Shown one piece after another: positions 47,166 to 55,820 of a stretch of DNA of 64,000 bases. The position numbers and the translations under genes are program-made. Source of the stretch: an uncultured archaeon (GTDB taxonomy: Archaea; Iainarchaeota; Iainarchaeia; Iainarchaeales; DTGL01); contig CAZKED010000002.1 in assembly GCA_964551725.1 (NCBI GenBank), forward strand, positions 30,873-94,872. The letters run 5' to 3'. The notes under the pieces are model-generated. The model worked only from the letters and a program-made list of their open reading frames with translations, was not told the origin of the DNA and made no database searches. Position 1 is the stretch's first letter, and every line of letters starts with the position of its first letter.

Positions 47166-49310
47166 TCACTTTGTTTTTGCAATTGCTTTTTTCTCTGAAT
47201 AGGTTTTCCTTTCCTCGAATTCCTGCTTTTTTCCCTCGTTCCAGTTCTGAACAGGTCTGTAGTATCCTACCACGCGGCTGTACACTTCAGTATCCTTGTT
47301 GCATTTGGGCACTTTTCCACCTCCGCTAACTTCAACCGGACACTTGTAGTGCTTTCCCTGCACGTATCCGTGCACGGGGCAGATGCTGAATGTCGGCGTA
47401 ACAGTAAAATAGGGAAGCCTGTAATTGTTTGCAATTTTCCTCACGAGTTTTTTTGTTGATTCGCCGCTTGACATCTTTTCACCCATGAAACCGTGCAGAA
47501 CCGTTCCGCCGGTATACTTGCACTGCAGTTCGTCCTGGTGGTCCAGTGCCTCGAAAACATCGTCGGTGTGGTCCACGGGCAGGTGCGTCGAATTTGTGTA
47601 ATACGGCGCTTCTTTGGTGCCCGCGGTCTTAATGTCCGGGTAATTCTTGACATCAATGCTTGCAAGCCTGTAGGAAGCGCCCTCCGCGGGCGTTGCCTCG
47701 AGGTTGTAAATGTTTCCTGTCTCTTCTTGAAATTCGGCGAGTTTTCCCCTCATAAAATCAAGCGTTTTCAGGGCGAGCTTCCTTCCTTCCTTCGAGGCAA
47801 TGTCTTTTCCCAAAAAGTTTTCGCAGGCTTCATTCATTCCGTTCGGGCCTATTGTTGCAAAGTGGTAATCGAACGTGCCGAGATAGCGTTTTGACCAGGG
47901 CAGCAGGCCGTTTTGCATGTTCTTTTCCACTTCCTTCCTTTTGATTTCAAGAGCCTCCTTCGCCAGATACATAAGGTAATCCAGTCTCTCGAAGAATTCG
48001 TCCTCGTTTTTGCTTAGATAGCCCAGCTGCGGCATGTTTATTGTTGCCACGCCGATGCTTCCCGTTTTTTCGCCGCTCCCGAACAGGCCCCCAGTTTTCT
48101 GCCTGAGTTCCCTTACGTCCAACTGCAGCCGGCAGCACATGCTTCTCACGTCGCTCGGCTTGAGCGACGAGTTGATGAAGTTCTGGAAGTAGGGCGTTCC
48201 GTACTTTGAAGTCATTTCGAAAAGCATGTCCGCTTTTTCCGAATCCCACTCGAAGTCCTTTGTTATGTTGAAAGTCGGAATGGGAAAAGTGAATATCCTG
48301 CCGTTCATGTCCCCTGCGCTCATAACATCAATGAATGCTTTGTCTATGAGGTCGATTTCTTGCTGGAATTCCCCATAGGTTTCATTTATTTCCTTTCCTC
48401 CGTAAATTGCGGGCATTCCTTCCATATCCTCGGGCACTATCCAGTCAAGGGTTAGGTTGGTGAAAGGAACCTGGTTGCCCCACCTTGAAGTTGCATTGAT
48501 GGCGAAAACGAATTCCTGGATGCTCTGTTTTATCCTCTTGTAGTCCAGGTTGTCCTTTTTTGCCAGCGGAGCAAGATATGTGTCAAAGGAGCTGAAAGCC
48601 TGCGCTCCAGCCCACTCGTTCTGCATTGTTCCCATAAAATTTACCATCTGCCCGAGCGCTGCGTTAAAGTGCTTTGCCGGAGCAGCAGCAATTCTCCCCG
48701 GCACCCCGTTGAATCCCTCTTCGAGCAACTGCCTCAGGGACCAGCCGGCACAATATGCCGCAAAAGTGCCCACACCCAAATCGTGTATGTGAAGAGACGC
48801 ATTCACGTGCGCTTTCGAGATTTCCGGCGGGTAAATGTTTTTCAGCGTGTATTCTGAAATAATCGTGTCCGAAACATGCGCCTGCAGCCCGCTCAGGGAA
48901 TAGGAGGCATTGCTGTTCTCTTTCACTCGCCACGATTTTTCAAGTACGTAATCCTCGATTATTTTCCCCGCCTTTTCAAGGAATGCTTTCGTGTCCCTTA
49001 TGCGGTTTCTCTCAGCGCGGTACAAGATGAATGCTTTGGCTGTCTTTGCGTGCCCAGATTCAATGAGTTCCCTTTCAACCTCGTCCTGTATCTGCTCAAC
49101 AGTGGGAATTTTTGCGCCGAACTTCTTCTTGAGCCGGTGCACCACCCGCTCAGAGAGCTCTTTTGCCTTTTTCCTGTCCTTTCCTCCTACGGCTTTCGCG
49201 GCCTTAAAAATTGCTTCCTCTATTTTTTCCTTCTGGAAAGGCGCAATGCGGCCATCACGCTTCTTCACTTTTTCAAGAAATTTTTTCTCCACTAAAAAAG
49301 CCCCCAGCAC
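47166..49310 (-). CDS. nrdD: Class III (anaerobic) ribonucleoside-triphosphate reductase with ATP cone
   Basis: VKKRDG ATP cone, HIHDL, RSMCCRL, EATPAE, YSRVVGYYRPV glycyl-radical loop. Confidence 0.96.
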   Translation of the reverse strand: MLGAFLVEKKFLEKVKKRDGRIAPFQKEKIEEAIFKAAKAVGGKDRKKAKELSERVVHRLKKKFGAKIPTVEQIQDEVERELIESGHAKTAKAFILYRAERNRIRDTKAFLEKAGKIIEDYVLEKSWRVKENSNASYSLSGLQAHVSDTIISEYTLKNIYPPEISKAHVNASLHIHDLGVGTFAAYCAGWSLRQLLEEGFNGVPGRIAAAPAKHFNAALGQMVNFMGTMQNEWAGAQAFSSFDTYLAPLAKKDNLDYKRIKQSIQEFVFAINATSRWGNQVPFTNLTLDWIVPEDMEGMPAIYGGKEINETYGEFQQEIDLIDKAFIDVMSAGDMNGRIFTFPIPTFNITKDFEWDSEKADMLFEMTSKYGTPYFQNFINSSLKPSDVRSMCCRLQLDVRELRQKTGGLFGSGEKTGSIGVATINMPQLGYLSKNEDEFFERLDYLMYLAKEALEIKRKEVEKNMQNGLLPWSKRYLGTFDYHFATIGPNGMNEACENFLGKDIASKEGRKLALKTLDFMRGKLAEFQEETGNIYNLEATPAEGASYRLASIDVKNYPDIKTAGTKEAPYYTNSTHLPVDHTDDVFEALDHQDELQCKYTGGTVLHGFMGEKMSSGESTKKLVRKIANNYRLPYFTVTPTFSICPVHGYVQGKHYKCPVEVSGGGKVPKCNKDTEVYSRVVGYYRPVQNWNEGKKQEFEERKTYSEKKAIAKTK

Positions 49311-49382
49311 AAAAAGAATTCTGCGGTGTAATGAATAAGCAACACAACTTTAAAAATTTTATGGAAAAATTCGAAATCCAAA

Positions 49383-49964
49383 CTAAAAAATTATGTATAA
49401 GATGAGCCCCGATGCCACTGGCACGCTCAGGTTGTCGTTCAGGGGCATTAATTCCACAAGCATTGCGCCCGCGGCAAGGACGAATGCCTTCCATACTGCT
49501 GGAAAGAGACCGAATGCCGGCAGTAAAAGAACGGCAAACGCAGCCAAGAAGCCGCTCAGACTCCCCTCCAGGCTCTTGTTTTCCGCAATCCAGTGCTTGC
49601 CGCAGCGGGAGCCAACAATCGTTGAAATCCCGTCGCCGAAGACTACGGGCACAAGCGCAGGCGCCGCGAGATACGGTGCCTTTAAAACGTAAACGCAGAG
49701 GTACAGAAGAAGCGCGGCGCCAAGGAAGAAAAGCAGAGCGCCCTTTCCCGGCAGTTTTTTCTCATCAAGCCTTTCCACGTGCCCCACAAGGGCGGAGAAC
49801 ACCGGCACGTCCATTCCAGTCCGCAAAAGATTCGACACTACAAGCCCGAGGATGAACGCAAGCGCCAGAAGCAGCAGGGCTTCCCCTGCCCCCAATAAAA
49901 GCGTTAAAGCAATAAAAAGAGTGCCAAAGCCAATGTGAACCAGCTGCCTTTTCATTTCCCGCAT
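49383..49964 (-). CDS. Dolichol/phytol kinase family (SEC59/DGK1/VTE5) membrane protein
   Basis: RQLVH, GDGISTIVG, KSLEGS, DNLSVP. Confidence 0.88.
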   Translation of the reverse strand: MREMKRQLVHIGFGTLFIALTLLLGAGEALLLLALAFILGLVVSNLLRTGMDVPVFSALVGHVERLDEKKLPGKGALLFFLGAALLLYLCVYVLKAPYLAAPALVPVVFGDGISTIVGSRCGKHWIAENKSLEGSLSGFLAAFAVLLLPAFGLFPAVWKAFVLAAGAMLVELMPLNDNLSVPVASGLILYIIF

Positions 49965-49981
49965 TTTTCCCAGCCTTTTTT

Positions 49982-50644
49982 TCAGTTTTTTTCCAGCACG
50001 TAAAGCACGTGGTCCTTTTCAAACGGTTTCAGGTTTACCGCTTGGAGCACTTTGAATTCTTTTTTCAGAACGCTTTCCTGTTCCGCGAAAATTTTTTCCG
50101 GAGCGCGCGTGCTCGAAACGCTCTGCGCTTTCACCGCAATAATGCCCGATGCCCCTTTTTTAAGGAACGCCCGCGCGTTCCTGTTGAATATTTCCGCCTG
50201 GTTTTTCTGGGCGATGTCCTGGTAGAGCAAATCTATTTCAATTCCCCTAATGTATTCCGCATAGGATTCCGGAGAGCCGGCGTCCGCCAGCAGCGGAACC
50301 ATGTTCCCCCGGCATTCGCATACCTCTAGGAATTTCTTCATTGTTTTCTCCGCTATGTCCACGCCGAACAGCATTCCATCCCTGCCTATAATGTCGCTAA
50401 GGTGCGACGCCGTGGTTCCTTCGGCAGCGCCGAGGTAGAGCACGTTGTCTCCCGATTCCAGGGGCAGTTTTTTCAGCCCGTTTTTTATCGCCGCGCATAG
50501 CTTGCTTCTGAACGGAATCCATTCCCTGTATTCTTTTCTTTTCACGCTGAAAAGTTTTTCCCCGTAAACGCGCGTTCCCGGGACCAGATTTCTTGTGAGG
50601 ATTTTTCCCCTGCTTTCGAAAACTCCCTGAAATATTTCCTTCAT
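49982..50644 (-). CDS. flpA: Fibrillarin-like rRNA/tRNA 2'-O-methyltransferase
   Basis: VYGEKL, YREW.PFRSKL, VLYLGAAEGTT.SH, DIAQ..Q, PFEKDH. Confidence 0.95.
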   Translation of the reverse strand: MKEIFQGVFESRGKILTRNLVPGTRVYGEKLFSVKRKEYREWIPFRSKLCAAIKNGLKKLPLESGDNVLYLGAAEGTTASHLSDIIGRDGMLFGVDIAEKTMKKFLEVCECRGNMVPLLADAGSPESYAEYIRGIEIDLLYQDIAQKNQAEIFNRNARAFLKKGASGIIAVKAQSVSSTRAPEKIFAEQESVLKKEFKVLQAVNLKPFEKDHVLYVLEKN

Positions 50645-50686
50645 GGAAGAAATTAGCGCGGAAAAAATAATAAAAGGATGCCGGGC

Positions 50687-50839
50687 TCACTTGCCCAGCA
50701 TTCTCTCTATCCTGTCAAGCCTTTCCCTCATTTCCGCTATTGCGTCCATTAATTCCGCATGGGTCGGCTCGTCGTAAGGCGCGGGCGGAACAGGCGCATG
50801 CCTTTCGTGGGGCGGCATTGGCGCGTGGTGTCTCGGCAT
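50687..50839 (-). CDS. 50-aa Pro/His-rich coiled-coil microprotein, missing from ORF track
   Basis: MPRHHAPMPPHERHAPVPPAPYDEPTHAELMDAIAEMRERLDRIERMLGK*; strong SD GGAGGTGA 6 nt upstream. Confidence 0.8.
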   Translation of the reverse strand: MPRHHAPMPPHERHAPVPPAPYDEPTHAELMDAIAEMRERLDRIERMLGK

Positions 50840-50868
50840 CTGGCATCACCTCCTTTTAGACAGAGACC

Positions 50869-51045
50869 TCAGCTGAGCATTGAGCTAAGCCCTGCCCACA
50901 CCGGCGCAGAGGTGGGCAGGACAACATTGACTGGAAACTGTAAAAGTGCGAGAATTGCCGCAAGAGTTGCGGTAATGCAGGTGGAAATGCAGACCGCTTT
51001 CAGCAGGTTTTTCCTTTTTTTTTCATGCAATGGAATTGGCGGCAT
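50869..51045 (-). CDS. 58-aa hydrophobic membrane microprotein, missing from ORF track
   Basis: MPPIPLHEKKRKNLLKAVCISTCITATLAAILALLQFPVNVVLPTSAPVWAGLSSMLS*; SD GGAGG upstream. Confidence 0.75.
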   Translation of the reverse strand: MPPIPLHEKKRKNLLKAVCISTCITATLAAILALLQFPVNVVLPTSAPVWAGLSSMLS

Positions 51046-51057
51046 CACAAAACCTCC

Positions 51058-51131
51058 TTTTCTAATTTTCTATGAATATCTAATGAGCCGCAATGTTTAA
51101 ATACTTTTCTACTTTCCTATAAAATTAGAAA
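51058..51131. promoter_or_regulatory. Divergent promoter with inverted/direct repeats (candidate ArsR operator)
   Basis: TTTCTAATTTTCTATGAA (51059-76) and TTCCTATAAAATTAGAAA (51114-31) form a 16/18 inverted repeat around TATA TTTAAATA (51096-103). 51105-20 is a 14/16 direct copy of 51058-73. Confidence 0.6.
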
Positions 51132-51144
51132 GAGTGTTTTTTTA

Positions 51145-51534
51145 GTGTTTTTGGTGATTGTTGTGCGGGAACAGGAAATCCACAGTGCTTTGTCTTCGCC
51201 GGTAAGGCGGGAAATTCTCCTTTTCCTTGGCACGGGAAAAAAGTATCTGAGCGAAATAGCGGAACACATTCAGCGCGCCCCGCAGACCGTGGACTTCCAC
51301 CTGAAAATACTGGCGAGCGCAGGCATTGTTTCCAGTTCCGCGGAGGAAGGCAAGGCATTCTACGAACTGAAGGATAGGAGCATTCTCAAATTCCTGCGAG
51401 AGCGGAGGCCCATTCCCGCTTTGCATCACCCAAAGCCCCCGCACGAGGTAATGGAGGAGGCGCGCGCGGAAATTCTGCAAAAGCTCGCGGAGATGGAAAA
51501 AAGGCTCCAGAGGATTGAGGAAAAACTAGGATAG
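51145..51534 (+). CDS. ArsR/SmtB-family wHTH regulator with Pro/His linker and C-terminal coiled coil
   Basis: ALSSPVRREILLFL, LSEIAEHI..APQTVDFHLKILASAGIV, GKAFYEL; start possibly GTG 51163. Confidence 0.88.
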   Translation: MFLVIVVREQEIHSALSSPVRREILLFLGTGKKYLSEIAEHIQRAPQTVDFHLKILASAGIVSSSAEEGKAFYELKDRSILKFLRERRPIPALHHPKPPHEVMEEARAEILQKLAEMEKRLQRIEEKLG

Positions 51535-52329
51535 CGCTTCAGCCCGTTTCTCCAGCTCTTCGAGCATTTTTCCGCCGGCATCCTTTTTCCCGAAAAAATC
51601 CTCTTTTGCGGCAATGCTCAGCTTGTTTGCAAGAGTCCGCGCCATTTTTCCGCGGTTTTTCCTTTTCACCCTGCGAAGCAGGGGATGCTGGAATATAAGC
51701 CCGTGCTTCGGGGGCTTGCTTCCGGTCTTGAGGTGCTTGAATAACGCGCGCTCCGCCCCTATTACCTGTACTGTGGAAGAAGGCATCATTGCCAGTTTTT
51801 TAACCGAGCCGGCTTCGTTCAAAAGGCGCGCGCCCAGAATTGCTCCAGCCAACAGGGAGAATGCGGGCATCTGCTCCCGCATTTCCGATTCGATGTAGGA
51901 GCAGAGCGCATTTCTCTGCTTCTTGAGACTCAATGCTTTTTCCGCCAGCTTCGAAATTCTCTTTGCATCCTTTTCCTTTAAGGGCGAGCCGATGCTCTTC
52001 TTCGCGGCTGCAGCAACTCTGGCTGCCTGCTCCCTGTTGTCGTAATAGGCGAGAACGTTTTCCTCGGTGAACTCCGCGCGGTCGCAGATTTTGGCGACCA
52101 GATTCAGGTATGTTTCATTCCCCTTCACCCGTCTTTCCAGTTCGGGAAAGTGAATGGAATACCACTCCCTCACATCCTCGAACAGCAGATTGAATACTGA
52201 ATCAATGTCCTCAAGCGTGTTCACCGCGCGTATTATGTGCACGTCCCTGCCCGTGTAACGTTCGATTACCTTCTTTTTTGCCTTGCGCATCAGTTCCCTG
52301 CGCAGCCGCCCGATTTTTTCCCCCGGCAT
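51526..52329 (-). CDS. nop5: C/D box sRNP subunit Nop5 (N-terminally short)
   Basis: REWYSIHFPEL, LAMMPSSTVQVIGAERALF.HL, PPKHGLIFQHP, RGKMARTLA.KLSIAAKED. Confidence 0.92.
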   Translation of the reverse strand: MPGEKIGRLRRELMRKAKKKVIERYTGRDVHIIRAVNTLEDIDSVFNLLFEDVREWYSIHFPELERRVKGNETYLNLVAKICDRAEFTEENVLAYYDNREQAARVAAAAKKSIGSPLKEKDAKRISKLAEKALSLKKQRNALCSYIESEMREQMPAFSLLAGAILGARLLNEAGSVKKLAMMPSSTVQVIGAERALFKHLKTGSKPPKHGLIFQHPLLRRVKRKNRGKMARTLANKLSIAAKEDFFGKKDAGGKMLEELEKRAEALS

Positions 52330-52392
52330 AAAGAAAGAATAGCCAGGGAATGTTTTAAAATGGTTTTATTGAACACTTAAATAGGTGTTTTT

Positions 52393-53886
52393 TTGCCCAG
52401 AGAAGAATTGACGAATTTGGCACTGCGCCGCCAGCTGTTCTTTCCCGCAGCGGAAATTTATTCAGGCGCGCCGGCGGGCTTCTGGGATTTCGGACCGATA
52501 GGCGTGCGCATAAGGAACAAGGTCGTTGAATTATGGCGCAGGGAACTGCTTGAAAAAGAGGGACTGCTGGAAATTTCCGGGTCGGTAATACTGCCCCGCG
52601 CGGTATTTGAAGCCTCCGGACACGTAAAATCATTCAACGATCCGATAGTGCAGTGCACGAAGTGCAGCGCGCTTCACCGCGCCGACCAGTTGATAGAGGG
52701 CAGCACTGAAAGCATTATTCCCGAATCGAAGCCGGCCGCAGAACTGGACGCATTAATTGAAAAGCACGGAATAAAATGCCCCAAGTGTAAGGGTGCACTT
52801 GGAAAAGTGCGCCTGTTCAACATGATGATGAAGCTTGACATAGGCGCAACGCAGAGCCAGGAATGCTTCCTGCGCCCGGAAACCTGCCAGAACATTTTTT
52901 TGGATTTCGACCGCTTATTCCGCTCAGGGCGCTTGAACCTGCCTCTCGGAATAGCGCAGGCAGGCAAGTCCTTCAGGAATGAAATCGCCCCCAAGCAGAC
53001 ACTGCTCAGGGAGCGCGAACTCGGGCAGATGGAAATCGAGTACTTTTTCAATCCCGCGAAGATTAACGATTTTCCCGCATTTGAAAAAATAAAAAAGGAA
53101 AAACTAATGCTCATGCGCTTGGGAAAAAAAACCGAGCCGATAACAGCCGAGGACGCTGTCAAGAAAAAAATCGTTTCAGGAAAAGTGATTGCATACTGGC
53201 TCGCCCGCGTCCAGCAGTTGTATGAGAAGTACGGAATTCCGCGTGCAAAAATGCGCTTCCGCGAACTGGAGAAGGAAGAACGCGCGTTTTACGCAAAAGA
53301 AACATGGGATTTTGAAGTTGAAACAGACCTCGGCTGGATTGAACTCATTGCGTGCAACTACCGCACCGACTACGACCTGAAAGGTCACGCGCAGGGAAGC
53401 AAAAAGAACCTCGCAGTGAAAGAAAACGGAGAGAAATTCATTCCGCACGTGTTCGAAATCTCCGCGGGCATTGACAGAACTTTTTACGTTTCACTGGACC
53501 ACGCGTTTCGAAAGGAAAAACGCGGTCCCGAGGAACGCAATTACCTGAAGCTGCCGGTTGCGCTCGCGCCCTATCTTGTCGCGGTGTTCCCGCTCGTTTC
53601 AAAAGACGGCCTCGCGGAAAAAGCCCGCTCCGTATTTGACCTGCTTGAAGAGCATTCCTTTGAATGCCTTTTCGATGAAAAGGGCTCGATTGGAAAGAGA
53701 TATGCCCGCATAGACGAAATCGGCGTTCCTTACGCCATTACGGTAGATTACGATACAAAGAAGGATGACACTGTAACGCTGCGCGAACGCGACTCAATGG
53801 AGCAGGTGCGGATAAAGATTGAAGAACTGCCCGAAAAACTCTGGACGCTCTCCATAGGCAAAACACAGTTTGACCAATTAAAATAA
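52393..53886 (+). CDS. glyS: Glycine--tRNA ligase (homodimeric type)
   Basis: DFGPIG, ASGHV..FND, LRPETCQNIF, GKSFRNEI, E.SAGIDR, GSIGKRYARIDEIG. Confidence 0.96.
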   Translation: MPREELTNLALRRQLFFPAAEIYSGAPAGFWDFGPIGVRIRNKVVELWRRELLEKEGLLEISGSVILPRAVFEASGHVKSFNDPIVQCTKCSALHRADQLIEGSTESIIPESKPAAELDALIEKHGIKCPKCKGALGKVRLFNMMMKLDIGATQSQECFLRPETCQNIFLDFDRLFRSGRLNLPLGIAQAGKSFRNEIAPKQTLLRERELGQMEIEYFFNPAKINDFPAFEKIKKEKLMLMRLGKKTEPITAEDAVKKKIVSGKVIAYWLARVQQLYEKYGIPRAKMRFRELEKEERAFYAKETWDFEVETDLGWIELIACNYRTDYDLKGHAQGSKKNLAVKENGEKFIPHVFEISAGIDRTFYVSLDHAFRKEKRGPEERNYLKLPVALAPYLVAVFPLVSKDGLAEKARSVFDLLEEHSFECLFDEKGSIGKRYARIDEIGVPYAITVDYDTKKDDTVTLRERDSMEQVRIKIEELPEKLWTLSIGKTQFDQLK

Positions 53887-53913
53887 AAACCTGCAATGCA
53901 CTAATTTTAGTAA

Positions 53914-53988
53914 GCCCGAATAGCTCAGCTGGTTCAGAGCACCGACCTCGTAAGTCGGGGGTCGCGGGTTCAAATCCCGCTTCGGGCT
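53914..53988 (+). tRNA. tRNA-Thr(CGT)
   Basis: GCCCGAATAGCTCAGCTGGTTCAGAGCACCGACCTCGTAAGTCGGGGGTCGCGGGTTCAAATCCCGCTTCGGGCT cloverleaf followed by a T-run. Confidence 0.95.
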
Positions 53989-54120
53989 TTTTTTCCAGCG
54001 AAAAGGAAGTGTTTTTTTATCCCGCACAGGAAGAGGAGACGGTTTGAAATCCGGCAGAAGCAGAAGCGCAGGGAAAAATACAAAAAAGCCGAGAGCCAGA
54101 TAGAGGAAATTAAGAGGCAA

Positions 54121-54789
54121 ATGGAGCCATTTGAGGGCATTATTTCGGCTTTGGAAGACGACAGCATAAAGCACGACCTCAGGCGCTTTCCCCGCCAGCT
54201 GAAGCTTCTTCTGGGTTTTCTTGAAGGCGATTACAGAACAGACCCAAAAACCTTCTTCCGCGGTCTAAAGAGGGCAAAAATACAGATTTCGTTCGTCAGC
54301 GAGCTTATAAGAAGGTATAAGGAGGGCATTCACTTTCAGCCGGAAAGGGTTCCCTTTTCCAGCCTGGCGGATTCAGTGAGGAAAACCTCATCGCTTTTCC
54401 TTCTCCCCTCTGCAAGGCTGTTTTTTGAATCCAACCTTTCGGAGAGAAACGCCGGCAGGGAAATGGGGGTGGACGCTTTCGCAATCCGGAGAGCCGTTTT
54501 CAATCTGGTTGGCAATGCCTTGCGGGCGACCGCGCAAGCAGGGAGTGTGCGGGTTACCCTTTCGCTTGGCAGGAACAGACTGAAAATCACGGTTTCAGAT
54601 ACGGGCAGGGGAATGCCCAGGAAGGAAGTGGAAGAATTTTATTCCAGGGGCTATATTACGGCTGGCGGTAGAAAGGAGTTCGGTCTGGCGAACGTAAAGG
54701 AAATCGCCAAACTGCACAAAGGCAGCGTTGGAATAAAGAGTGCCGAGGGAAAGGGCACCACTGTAAGCATTGAAATTCCGGTCAAGTGA
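54121..54789 (+). CDS. Sensor-less histidine-kinase-like protein (HisKA-like + HATPase_c)
   Basis: KHDLR H-box-like, NLVGNA, SDTGRGM, FGLANVK..AKLHKG, GKGTT. Confidence 0.82.
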   Translation: MEPFEGIISALEDDSIKHDLRRFPRQLKLLLGFLEGDYRTDPKTFFRGLKRAKIQISFVSELIRRYKEGIHFQPERVPFSSLADSVRKTSSLFLLPSARLFFESNLSERNAGREMGVDAFAIRRAVFNLVGNALRATAQAGSVRVTLSLGRNRLKITVSDTGRGMPRKEVEEFYSRGYITAGGRKEFGLANVKEIAKLHKGSVGIKSAEGKGTTVSIEIPVK

Positions 54790-54801
54790 AATTCAGGGGG
54801 T

Positions 54802-55788
54802 TCATTTTCCCCCTATGAATCCTATTTTTTGCAGGAATGCGCGCAGGTCCTGCTCGACGCTTTCCAGTTCCCTTTCGGGAAAGGATTTCTCCATGCTCTG
54901 CACGTTCACGAACCTTTTGCCTTCCCGCTGGCTTGTTTCGATTATGAGCTCCGCGTAGCTTCTTGCCCTGTTTTCGGCTTCCTCTGAAAAAAGTCCTTTC
55001 TCCAAGGTGATAACAACAGGAATGCGGTGCTTTCCGCTCACGCCGAGCACTTTTTCAACGAATTCGAAGGCGTCCTTTTTGTCCTTGAGGACCATTTCGT
55101 CCACTATTGTCAGCACAACGAGCCCCCTTCCCTTGGCAACCTCGCAGAACCTCTTGAGGTCGGAGAGAATTTCCACGGGATAGGAAAAATACCTATAGCC
55201 GTCGTAAATTTTTCCTATTTCCATTGTTTTCCTTTTTTCTAGTTCGAGTTCTGCGAGCCTCTTTCTGAACTCCGACTCGCTTATGGCTTTCTTCATGAAC
55301 TGGTAGCGCAGTGTTTTCAGTTTTTCGCTTATTTCGCTGCCGTGCCTGTAAATGGAAATAAGTATGTTTGTGTGCTTTTTGAATTTTTCGAGCTCGCGTT
55401 CCTTTATTGTGAGGAATATGGGGGATTCCTCGAAAAAGAAAAGCATTTTTGTGAGCAGGAGGAAATAACCGGTGAGGTTTTTTCCCGTGAGCAGGCAAAC
55501 AGCGGGAACGATTTTTTTCTCCTTTTTTGCACGGGCTTCCGCAAGCGAGGGAACTTCGAGGAATTCAAGTGCGCTTCCTCCCTTGAAGTGCACCAGTTCA
55601 ATTCCTTTGACTTCCTTTCCCTTTCTTTTTCCGAGGGACGGCATTTTAATGAATTCGAGACCGCCTTCCCTGAGAAAAAAATGCCTCAGCCCCCCCACCT
55701 TTCTCGAAATCACCCAGTTGGCAGCCAGTGCGAGAATAAATCCGGTGACCGCAGCGAAGGGCAGAATATAGTAATAAAGCTCGTCCAT
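54802..55788 (-). CDS. Membrane-anchored hypothetical protein, possible inactive RecA/KaiC-like domain
   Basis: N-terminal TM helix; LLTGKNLTG, LTIVDE, YAELIIET patterns. Confidence 0.65.
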   Translation of the reverse strand: MDELYYYILPFAAVTGFILALAANWVISRKVGGLRHFFLREGGLEFIKMPSLGKRKGKEVKGIELVHFKGGSALEFLEVPSLAEARAKKEKKIVPAVCLLTGKNLTGYFLLLTKMLFFFEESPIFLTIKERELEKFKKHTNILISIYRHGSEISEKLKTLRYQFMKKAISESEFRKRLAELELEKRKTMEIGKIYDGYRYFSYPVEILSDLKRFCEVAKGRGLVVLTIVDEMVLKDKKDAFEFVEKVLGVSGKHRIPVVITLEKGLFSEEAENRARSYAELIIETSQREGKRFVNVQSMEKSFPERELESVEQDLRAFLQKIGFIGGK

Positions 55789-55820
55789 GCAAGAGGTATA
55801 TTCCTTTTTATTATAAAAAA

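Noticed and set aside
45350-49310. LAGLIDADG ORF as an intein or intron of nrdD/nrdG
   Set aside because: nrdD and nrdG are uninterrupted, and the ORF has no Cys/Ser start or His-Asn end
50759-51100. 113-aa plus-strand ORF
   Set aside because: Antisense to two SD-led microprotein ORFs that explain the region better
50672-51587. 13-bp inverted repeat (AAAAGGATGCCGG / CCGGCATCCTTTT) bracketing the ArsR module
   Set aside because: The right copy lies inside nop5 coding sequence, with no target duplication or transposase; plausibly chance
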